In this document: positions 8,851-15,992 of the stretch, piece after piece
Layout of the letters: each line of letters begins with the position of its first letter
How positions within the stretch are numbered: the first letter of the stretch is position 1
Source: Nostoc punctiforme PCC 73102
GTDB lineage: Bacteria > Cyanobacteriota > Cyanobacteriia > Cyanobacteriales > Nostocaceae
Length of the DNA: 32,000 nucleotides
NCBI RefSeq assembly: GCF_000020025.1
Contig: NC_010628.1
Location: forward strand, 7,140,001 to 7,172,000
Direction: 5' to 3'
Position numbers and translations under genes: made by a program
The notes under the pieces: model-generated
Seen by the model: only the letters and a program-made list of their open reading frames with translations
Told to the model about the DNA's origin: nothing
Database searches by the model: none

Positions 8851-8907
8851 TCTCTACAAAATGCTGCGCGTACCTTGCTTCCCTGTAAGAGTACGCGCTA
8901 CGCTGAC
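8851..8907 (+). repeat. Copy of a dispersed intergenic hairpin repeat (core ~CTCTAC..GCTGCGCGTA.CTTGCTTCC..GTA.G.GTAC..GCTACGC)
   Basis: tctctacaaaatgctgcgcgtaccttgcttccctgtaagagtacgcgctacgctgac aligns by eye with copies at 16832-16906 and 30221-30288. A more divergent reverse-oriented copy lies at 21468-30. A partial piece (ggctacgccacgctgcgcc) lies at ~9053-9071. Confidence 0.6.
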
Positions 8908-9110
8908 ATAATTGATTCTTATAGAAATAGTTGAGGAATTCTAACTTATTTCTAAATTGATATAGGACTCATATTTGATTTTTGAAAAAATTTAGTATAG
9001 CTCAAAGAGGCTTTTTGCCTATTGCCTATTGCCTTTCTACCAAAATAATTATGGCTACGCCACGCTGCGCCAACAGAAATCAAATCGGATTGCTAGAGTA
9101 GTCTAGATAT

Positions 9111-10361
9111 CTATGAAAATAAGCTTTTTTTGAATTCAAAAGCTGCTTGAAAGTTAGGAATTTGGTTGGCTATAAGTTCAACAAATTGGTCAGGTGAAAT
9201 GTAAGGATTCTCATCTAATATTTCTTCTATAATCAGATTTGCCATTGGCCCGATGTGGTAGGCTAATTCTTGTTGGCAATGTTTAATAAATCCTGGTTGA
9301 AGTGAAGGTTGTTGTTGTTCAATTCGCCCAGTTTGTGCATTAGCAGGTAAACTAGGTGGACTAAAAATTGTTTCTCCAGGTTGGTTGTATGACTGCGATA
9401 TTGCTGACATAGCCTGAAATTCAGGATTAAATACCGTAGCAGGCAAATCATCAAGTATGGCTGGAGGAGACATTGCTACTTCTGGTTCTCCAATCCGCTC
9501 TAAATCTTTGATAACTTCCCTGGCTGTCTGGTATCGCTTGTTGGGTCTATCTGCCAACATGCAATCAAGTACTTGAGCGAACTCATCACTAACGTAAGTA
9601 TAATAACGCCAGTTCCATTCCAGTGAGTACTGATCCATTAGTAAAGATGGATCTCTACCTGTGAGTAGTACAATAGCTGTTACCCCCAAGGCGTATAGGT
9701 CGCTAGAAGCGGAGCATAAACCTAGGCTAATCTGTTCGCGGGGTGCATATCCCACTTTGCCTACAAGGGACATTTTGCCAACAAATGTTACTTGGTGATT
9801 AGAATTTCTCCCCTCGTTCATGTCAGCAATTTGCTTCCCTACACCGAAATCAATCAGTACTGGCAGATGCTTGCCATCAGGTAACATGATGTTGTCAGGA
9901 GAAATATCTCGATGGATGATGTTGTGCTGGTGAACATATTCCAAAACAGGTAGTAGATTCTTTAGCCACTGGATAACCTCGTCTTCAGAAAAGTTTCTTC
10001 CTTGACGTTGAAGTTCTCCCAGCAGCCTAGAATATGTTTTGCCGTCAACATACTCTTGTACTAGGAATAACCGACCATCTCCTTCAAAGCAAGCTAAAAA
10101 CTTGGGAATTTGAGGGTGTTGTAATTGATGAAGGATTTTTGCCTCTCTTTTAAATAAGTTGCGATATTGTTCCAGTCCACTTTCCCCTGTGCCAATGGGT
10201 GCAAACTCCTTGAGTACACAAGCTTCATTAAACCGCCGAGTGTCAAATGCCAAGTAAGTTCGCCCCAATCCTCCCTGTCCCAGAAGTTTTTGGATAATAT
10301 AGCGGTTATCAATTAGAGTTCCAGCAGCTATTTCTGGTCTTGTGGTATGGGACTGTGACAT
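9111..10361 (-). CDS. Soluble Hanks-type Ser/Thr protein kinase with an unassigned C-terminal domain
   Basis: Kinase motifs are GQGGLGRTYLA, CVLKEF, HRDISPDNIM, DFG and GYAPREQ. A Pro/Gln/Ser-rich linker follows. The ~70-aa C-terminal domain is FIKHCQQELAYHIGPMANLIIEEILDENPYISPDQFVELIANQIPNFQAAFEF. Confidence 0.92.
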   Translation of the reverse strand: MSQSHTTRPEIAAGTLIDNRYIIQKLLGQGGLGRTYLAFDTRRFNEACVLKEFAPIGTGESGLEQYRNLFKREAKILHQLQHPQIPKFLACFEGDGRLFLVQEYVDGKTYSRLLGELQRQGRNFSEDEVIQWLKNLLPVLEYVHQHNIIHRDISPDNIMLPDGKHLPVLIDFGVGKQIADMNEGRNSNHQVTFVGKMSLVGKVGYAPREQISLGLCSASSDLYALGVTAIVLLTGRDPSLLMDQYSLEWNWRYYTYVSDEFAQVLDCMLADRPNKRYQTAREVIKDLERIGEPEVAMSPPAILDDLPATVFNPEFQAMSAISQSYNQPGETIFSPPSLPANAQTGRIEQQQPSLQPGFIKHCQQELAYHIGPMANLIIEEILDENPYISPDQFVELIANQIPNFQAAFEFKKSLFS

Positions 10362-10944
10362 CTCATCGCACTCCTCGCGATTTTATTGTTGATAAATTAT
10401 CTAGTTTACTGAAAGTCAGAAACTCTAGCAGATAAGGGCTGATAACATCCTTCAAATTGAGGTTAGCACCACTATCAACACAAGGAAATACACTTTTCTA
10501 CAATCTTTTAATGGTCTTGTGTAATCAAATAGACAATTTTGACATTGTGACTTAATTATACTACTTATACTTACGTATTTTAGCAGATGGGATATAACCA
10601 GTGTCTGCGGTAATATCTGCGGATGTTCAGATTATCACCTTTTGGAGTTGTAGCTGAACCACATCTCATCCCTAGCAACTCAATTAGGACTGAGTTTTGG
10701 AACAGTAAGGATATAGCGTGACATCATGGTTTTTGAGAAAAAACTAAAGTTGCTATAGACTTCTCCAAAGAAAATATTATATGTATTTCAAGTGCTGAAT
10801 ATGCGATCACTCTCAAAAATTAATCTTTATGGGAGCCAGTATTGTTATTTGATAGCTACTTCGGCATCGACTATCAAAGTTTCCAGTATAGGTGATTCCT
10901 CAAAAGCAGAAAATTATCCCCCGTATCAAAAAAGACTCTTGAAG

Positions 10945-11778
10945 CTACAATAATTCATCTAGTTCATCAGCATTCAGGCCTAGTTGACGCAAACGTTCTG
11001 CTAATTGTTCCACTTTTCGTTTACTTTGAGCAGCTTCTTGTTTAGCTTCTATAGCTTGTTGTTCTGCAATGATAGCTCGTTGAGTTGCAGCAGAGGCTTC
11101 CTCTGTGGGTGCGGGAATTAATTCTCCTGCCAAGGTGAACCACCTCAACCACAACCTTTCAATGTCTCGAAATGAACCCTGCCATAAGCCTAAACTTAAA
11201 TCTATTTCTGGCATTAGTAAGCGCCCTTCGGTTAAATTCATCGGTTCATAGTGACCGCCGACTAACTGAAATGCCTGGAGTTTATTTGTGTAGCGACTAA
11301 AAACAATATAGTAGGGAATCCGCAAAATTCGTTCATAAACTTCCCATTTGCTAGGAGGTTTATCTGCTGCACTTTCTATTCTTCTGCCTAAATCTTCGTC
11401 TTCCGTACCTGGAGATAATAACTCAACAACCACGAAGGGATTTGCTGGCTCTTGCCAAGTTACATAACTTAACCTGAAGTCTTGCCCTTTGTATAATTTT
11501 CCTACTCCTACTACACCAAACCAATCTGGGCGTTTATACCACAAAGGATGCTGCAAATCATAGTAGAGATTAAGGTCAGCAGCACTGTAAACTAGTTCGG
11601 GATTCCAGTTAATGGGCTGAAAAGTTAAGTATAAAAGTAAAGGTTGTAAAAAGTGAAAATCGTCTGGCAAGCCTGGTTCCTCTGGGTTGTCACTTGGTAA
11701 ATCATACATCGTTGGTAGCGTTTCCCAAGGAGGAAGCGGCGGATCAGATTGAGGAATATAGTTAAAATAGGTAGTCAT
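10945..11778 (-). CDS. Uma2 family (DUF820) PD-(D/E)xK-fold putative endonuclease, copy 1
   Basis: N-terminus ...TLPTMYDLPSDNPEEPGLPDDFHFLQP... and core ...KRPDWFGVVGV...PFVVVELLSPGTE...YYIVF... are typical of Uma2 proteins. The C-terminal tail is a charged coiled region (AIIAEQQAIEAKQEAAQSKRKVEQLAERLRQLG). Confidence 0.85.
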   Translation of the reverse strand: MTTYFNYIPQSDPPLPPWETLPTMYDLPSDNPEEPGLPDDFHFLQPLLLYLTFQPINWNPELVYSAADLNLYYDLQHPLWYKRPDWFGVVGVGKLYKGQDFRLSYVTWQEPANPFVVVELLSPGTEDEDLGRRIESAADKPPSKWEVYERILRIPYYIVFSRYTNKLQAFQLVGGHYEPMNLTEGRLLMPEIDLSLGLWQGSFRDIERLWLRWFTLAGELIPAPTEEASAATQRAIIAEQQAIEAKQEAAQSKRKVEQLAERLRQLGLNADELDELL

Positions 11779-11786
11779 ATTTTTGA

Positions 11787-11996
11787 TTATTTAATATTCT
11801 TTTGTTTTAATGATTGGTAATATTTCCATCCTTCGTCTTTAGAGAGGCGTTCATTATCTTCCGATTCTTCCATTAGCTGTATCAAGCCGTAGTTTTACAA
11901 TATTTCTTCAATTTTTTCAAAGTCAGCGATGGAAATTTGTACAGCGATAAGTTGCTGATTTTCATCTATGACGTAATTTTTGGTTATTTATAGCAT
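11787..11996 (-). pseudogene. Antitoxin-like small ORF interrupted by in-frame stops
   Basis: One 70-codon frame reads ML*ITKNYVIDENQQLIAVQISIADFEKIEEIL*NYGLIQLMEESEDNERLSKDEGWKYYQSLKQKNIK*. TAA codons lie at complement of 11988-11990 and 11895-11897. The second splits a ...FEKIEEIL(x)NYGL... motif that resembles RelB/Phd-type antitoxins. The frame ends 8 nt before the Uma2 start. Confidence 0.4.
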
Positions 11997-12030
11997 TTTT
12001 ATGACATCTGATTGTTTGCAAGTCCTAAGA

Positions 12031-12240
12031 TTAAATTGTGTTGTAGATAGCATCGTCTTCGCTGTAGCCTTTTAATAATTGTTCGGCTGCAAGACGATGC
12101 AAAGCTGCTTCTTCTGTGGGTTCAGTAACAAGAATAATTACTTTTACTTGCTGTTTATTTACTAACTGTTGCAAAATCGCATCTGGTAATTCTATTTTGC
12201 CTTCGGTAGTGACATTCGCTGGAAATTCGTATGCTTTCAT
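12031..12240 (-). CDS. Small (69 aa) conserved-looking cyanobacterial protein, antitoxin-sized
   Basis: MKAYEFPANVTTEGKIELPDAILQQLVNKQQVKVIILVTE...LLKGYSEDDAIYNTI has a beta-rich N-terminus plus an acidic tail. I remember this as a common small-protein type in Nostoc genomes. Its function is unproven. Confidence 0.55.
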   Translation of the reverse strand: MKAYEFPANVTTEGKIELPDAILQQLVNKQQVKVIILVTEPTEEAALHRLAAEQLLKGYSEDDAIYNTI

Positions 12241-12295
12241 GTTGTTTTTAATGTTTGTCAGTTTTACTTACTATTTTGACGCTGTTATTCCACAA

Positions 12296-12622
12296 CTAGC
12301 TGCGTCGCCAAATTTTGATATTTCCGCTGACATCACCAGCAGCCAGCCAACTTCCATCGGGGCTAAAGGCGACGGAATGAGCTGGGTCGAAAAGACTGAG
12401 GGTGCAAATTTCTCTTCCTGTTGCGACTTCCCACAGTTTGATAGTCTTGTCCCAAGTATGACTAGCCAATATTTGCCCATCACTACTGATGGCGACATAT
12501 TTAACCTCGTTGGAATGACCACTAAGGGTGCGAATTTCTCTGCCTGTTGTCACTGACCACACTTTGATAGTGTCGTCTAAACTACTACTAGCCAATATTT
12601 GCCCATCACACTTCTGGCTCAA
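12296..12622 (-). pseudogene. 3' stump of a WD40-repeat gene (about 2.5 repeats, no plausible N-terminus)
   Basis: ...DGQILASSSLDDTIKVWSVTTGREIRTLSGHSNEVKYVAISSDGQILASHTWDKTIKLWEVATGREICTL...SPDGSWLAAGDVSGNIKIWRRS*. The ORF 'start' is a TTG. WD40 similarity begins at ~12605, exactly where the upstream Uma2 gene stops (12606). The ...IKIWRR* ending matches the kinase-WD40 gene at 5734. Confidence 0.7.
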
Positions 12623-13355
12623 TCCCCGCCGCCCGCAATTGTGCTGCTAGTCGTTCAGCACGTTGGCGTTCCTGTTCGGCGCGTTGGCGTTCTTGTTCGG
12701 CACGTTGACGTTCCTGTTCAGCTAATTCTCCACCCCAAGGCAAAAGGTTTCCTTGTTCATCCCACCACCGTAACCACTTTCCTGTGCGGTTTTCACGAGT
12801 ACCTTGCCACACCCCAAGGTAAAGATTCATTTCTGCTATCCAGTAGCGTTGATTTTCATCAGGCTCTTGCAAAATGTACTGTTCTGTGTTGTGTAAGCGA
12901 TACATTTCGATACTGCCGCTATCTGGCTCAAAGATGATGTAGTTTGGCACTTTTAAGATGCGCTCGTAGAAAAACCATTTTCCTGGGGGATATGTCGCTT
13001 TGATAGAATATTCTGTTTCCTGTGTATCGGAAATAAATTCCATTACAATTACGGGAATATCTCCCTGTAATTCAGGTGTGTAACTGCGTGTTACTTCTTC
13101 TCTACTAACATTAATTTTGGCAATGAAAGCCCAATCAGGCGCTTTAATGACTATTTTGTTGTTTAGAGTGGCACAAATGCCATAATTAGTTGTTGTTAGG
13201 GTGTTAACTGAAATTTTTCCGGCTAATTGTAGGCTTTCCGTGAGTGCAGCAGCTAAGGCTGGTTGGTTGATGTTGTCCACTGGATCATCTGGGAGTTTGT
13301 AATCATCGGGTAGTTTTTCCCAAGTGATTTGGTAGTCTTGGGTGAGGGTTGTCAT
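12606..13355 (-). CDS. Uma2 family (DUF820) PD-(D/E)xK-fold putative endonuclease, copy 2
   Basis: ...KLPDDYKLPDDPVDNINQP..., ...KAPDWAFIAKI...IPVIVMEFISDTQE...NYIIF... The C-terminal tail is three tandem AEQERQR units encoded by 21-bp repeats at ~12656-12722. Confidence 0.85.
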   Translation of the reverse strand: MTTLTQDYQITWEKLPDDYKLPDDPVDNINQPALAAALTESLQLAGKISVNTLTTTNYGICATLNNKIVIKAPDWAFIAKINVSREEVTRSYTPELQGDIPVIVMEFISDTQETEYSIKATYPPGKWFFYERILKVPNYIIFEPDSGSIEMYRLHNTEQYILQEPDENQRYWIAEMNLYLGVWQGTRENRTGKWLRWWDEQGNLLPWGGELAEQERQRAEQERQRAEQERQRAERLAAQLRAAGIEPEV

Positions 13356-13470
13356 GATGGCTTTTCCTTTGGTCTGTAAAAGGGATTGGGTACTGGATTT
13401 TCACTTGTAAAAATATGGAATTTACTTTGACCCTTCCCAAATTTTGAAACAATTTCCCAGTACGCAGTAG

Positions 13471-14994
13471 CTACTCATCTTCATCGGGTTCTAAATCGTC
13501 GGCTGTCAATTCTTGATGCGGGATGGCAGCGATAATCGCATCTATTACTTTAGAGACGGGTAATATTTCAATATTTAAGTCGGGGAATTTTGTTCCTTTT
13601 GGCACGATCGCTCTTTTAAATCCCAACTTAGCAGCTTCTTTTAACCGCAGTTCCATTTGGGAAACCGATCGCACTTGTCCACCTAGCCCAACTTCACCGA
13701 TTAATACTGTACCTGGATCGACGATGCGATCGCGGAAACTGGCAACAATTGCGATCGCAATTCCTAAATCTACCGCCGGTTCTTCCACATTCAACCCACC
13801 GGCAGAAGCAACGTAGGAATCTAACTTCGACATGGGAATTCCCACCCGTTTTTCTAAGACGGCGAGAATCTGCACTAGACGGTTGTAGTCTACACCAGTT
13901 CCAGCACGCCGGGGGGAAGGGTAGCTGGTGGGACTGACAAGGGCTTGCAATTCAACAACAATGGGGCGAGTACCTTCGCAAGCCACGACAATGGCAGTAC
14001 CTGGCGCTGGATCGTCACGATTACCTAAAAATAACTCTGAGGGATTGGAGACTTCTCGCAATCCATCTGTCACCATTTCAAAAATGCCGATTTCGTGAGT
14101 TGCGCCGAAGCGGTTTTTGACTGTGCGTAATAATCGATGGGAGGCAAAGCGATCGCCTTCAAAGTACAACACTGTATCTACTAAATGTTCTAAAACTTTT
14201 GGCCCAGCGATCGCTCCTTCTTTGGTGACATGTCCCACAATCAGCATGGTGACATCTTCATGTTTCGCCACCTTCATCAGTGCTGCTGTACACTCCCGGA
14301 CCTGAGCTACTGAACCGGGTGCAGAAGTCAGCGCTGGAAAAAACACCGTTTGGATACTGTCAATCACCGCCACGTTTGGTTTGAGAGAATCTATTTCCCG
14401 TAAAATTTCTTCTAAATCTGTTTCTGGCAGTACATATAAATCTGCACCTATACTGTCAGGGTCTATGGGTAATGTAGGATCTACTACTGTTACCTTCTCC
14501 TCATTAACCACACTTAGGGGTTTTGATACTCCTAAACGAGAAGCTCGTAATTTTACCTGCTGCCCTGATTCTTCACCAGTTACGTAAAGGATGCGATATT
14601 TCTGTGCTAGTTGATTTGATACTTGCAACAATAAAGTCGATTTACCAATACCCGGATCGCCACCAATCAGCACCATAGAGCCAGGGACAACCCCACCTCC
14701 AAGCACTCGATCTAATTCTCCATAACCAGACTCCCAGCGAGCGATTTGGCGATCGGTAATTTGATCGAATGTTAAAGAGGCTCGCGCTTTAGCTGGTTTA
14801 TTGTGGGATTTGCCATTACCTTGAGCTGATTGCCAACTACTCACTCCCCCTCGGCTGGGTACATCTACTGAGGATTGAATAGAAATTTGTTCTTCTAGAG
14901 AGTTGTAAGTACCGCAAGCTGGACACTTACCAAACCACTGGGGCGATTCTGCTCCACATTCATTACAAGTAAAAAAGGTTTTTGGCTTTGCCAT
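13471..14994 (-). CDS. radA: DNA repair protein RadA/Sms
   Basis: Zn-finger CNECGAESPQWFGKCPACGTYN, Walker A GGDPGIGKST, the KNRFG motif (TVKNRFGAT) and a Lon-protease-like C-terminal domain. Confidence 0.96.
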   Translation of the reverse strand: MAKPKTFFTCNECGAESPQWFGKCPACGTYNSLEEQISIQSSVDVPSRGGVSSWQSAQGNGKSHNKPAKARASLTFDQITDRQIARWESGYGELDRVLGGGVVPGSMVLIGGDPGIGKSTLLLQVSNQLAQKYRILYVTGEESGQQVKLRASRLGVSKPLSVVNEEKVTVVDPTLPIDPDSIGADLYVLPETDLEEILREIDSLKPNVAVIDSIQTVFFPALTSAPGSVAQVRECTAALMKVAKHEDVTMLIVGHVTKEGAIAGPKVLEHLVDTVLYFEGDRFASHRLLRTVKNRFGATHEIGIFEMVTDGLREVSNPSELFLGNRDDPAPGTAIVVACEGTRPIVVELQALVSPTSYPSPRRAGTGVDYNRLVQILAVLEKRVGIPMSKLDSYVASAGGLNVEEPAVDLGIAIAIVASFRDRIVDPGTVLIGEVGLGGQVRSVSQMELRLKEAAKLGFKRAIVPKGTKFPDLNIEILPVSKVIDAIIAAIPHQELTADDLEPDEDE

Positions 14995-15165
14995 TCTTAA
15001 AATCTTATTAAATAATCTTAATATTTACTTAATTCTTGAAAAAAACTAAAAACCAATAATAGTAGTATTTAGAGCTTTTTCCAAATCAATTCATGGAATG
15101 ATATCTTAATATTATGGTATTAAAAATTAATCATGTAAATTTTTAGTCAAGGAGCCTAGAGAAAC

Positions 15166-15894
15166 TTGGAAAGCCATAAAGAAAAAATCTTGGTGGTAGA
15201 CGACGAAGCCAGCATTCGCCGGATTTTGGAAACACGCCTTTCCATGATTGGCTACGATGTAGTGACGGCTGGCGACGGGGAAGAAGCTTTGGAAACTTTT
15301 CGCAAAACTGAGCCTGACCTGGTAGTTTTAGATGTAATGATGCCAAAGCTAGATGGCTATGGTGTATGTCAAGAATTACGAAAAGAATCAGATGTCCCTA
15401 TTATTATGCTAACAGCCTTGGGTGATGTCGCCGATCGCATCACCGGATTAGAATTGGGTGCTGATGACTATGTAGTTAAACCATTTTCCCCCAAGGAGTT
15501 AGAAGCCCGGATTCGCTCCGTGCTACGGCGGGTAGATAAAAACGGTGCTTCTGGCATTCCCAGTTCTGGGGTAATCCATGTCGCTAATATTAAAATCGAT
15601 ACGAATAAGCGACAAGTCTACAAAGGCGATGAGCGCATTCGATTGACAGGTATGGAGTTCAGCTTGTTAGAGTTGTTAGTCAGTCGCTCTGGAGAAGCTT
15701 TTTCTCGTTCGGAAATTTTGCAGGAAGTTTGGGGTTATACACCAGAACGTCATGTAGATACCCGCGTAGTAGATGTGCATATATCACGTTTGCGGGCAAA
15801 ATTAGAAGACGATCCTAGCAACCCAGAATTGATTCTCACTGCACGGGGTACTGGTTATCTTTTCCAGCGGATTATTGAACCAGGAGAGGAGTGA
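15166..15894 (+). CDS. rpaB: OmpR-family response regulator RpaB (Ycf27)
   Basis: MESHKEKILVVDDEASIRRILETRLSMIGYDVV...DLVVLDVMMPKLDG... forms the receiver domain, joined to a winged-helix domain (VDVHISRLRAKLE...GTGY). The sequence closely matches the conserved cyanobacterial RpaB N-terminus. The start is TTG (15166) with AGGAG ~11 nt upstream. No in-frame upstream ATG exists. Confidence 0.9.
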   Translation: MESHKEKILVVDDEASIRRILETRLSMIGYDVVTAGDGEEALETFRKTEPDLVVLDVMMPKLDGYGVCQELRKESDVPIIMLTALGDVADRITGLELGADDYVVKPFSPKELEARIRSVLRRVDKNGASGIPSSGVIHVANIKIDTNKRQVYKGDERIRLTGMEFSLLELLVSRSGEAFSRSEILQEVWGYTPERHVDTRVVDVHISRLRAKLEDDPSNPELILTARGTGYLFQRIIEPGEE

Positions 15895-15906
15895 GGAGAT
15901 GAGGCA

Positions 15907-15934
15907 GGGGAGCAGGGGGAAGGGGAGCAGGGGG
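15907..15934 (+). other. Canonical G-quadruplex-type motif (tandem 14-15-bp duplication) 13 nt after the rpaB stop
   Basis: GGGGagcaGGGGGaaGGGGagcaGGGGG, which is four G4-5 runs with 2-4-nt loops. It is followed by cccaatt/ctcaatt heptamers at 15955-15990. Confidence 0.7.
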
Positions 15935-15992
15935 AGAAGAACTATTAATTATTGTCCAATGCCCAATTCCCAATTCTCAATTCTCAATTCCA

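Noticed and set aside
10362-10944. Search for a gene, tRNA or structured RNA in the 583-bp gap upstream of the second kinase
   Set aside because: I found only ORFs under 20 codons, a TTGACA without a properly spaced -10, and weak 4-7-bp hairpins (e.g. aactca/tgagtt near 10690). Nothing supports a call, so I note it only as an unusually long AT-rich spacer.
12596-12625. Possibility of a programmed frameshift fusing Uma2 copy 2 to the WD40 stump
   Set aside because: No slippery heptamer or downstream structure is evident at the junction. The WD40 part would lack the start of a repeat unit. Gene decay after a rearrangement explains it more simply.
12116-12937. ORFs 12116-12556 (+), 12271-12522 (-) and 12599-12937 (+)
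   Set aside because: They are antisense or alternative-frame to the 69-aa ORF, the WD40 stump and Uma2 copy 2. The 12599-12937 product (VGVPVRRVGVLVRHVDVPV...) is simply the mirror of the AEQERQR repeat.
13523-14587. Four (+) ORFs antisense to radA, and likewise 15143-15346, 16072-16281, 17182-17394, 22867-23866, 24566-27427 (about 11 ORFs), 29662-29868 and 30823-31011
   Set aside because: All are embedded antisense or out of frame in strongly supported genes (radA, rpaB, the CCB-like gene, M48, sigma factor, carB, the ferredoxin-domain gene, the 140-aa gene). They are typical shadow ORFs.
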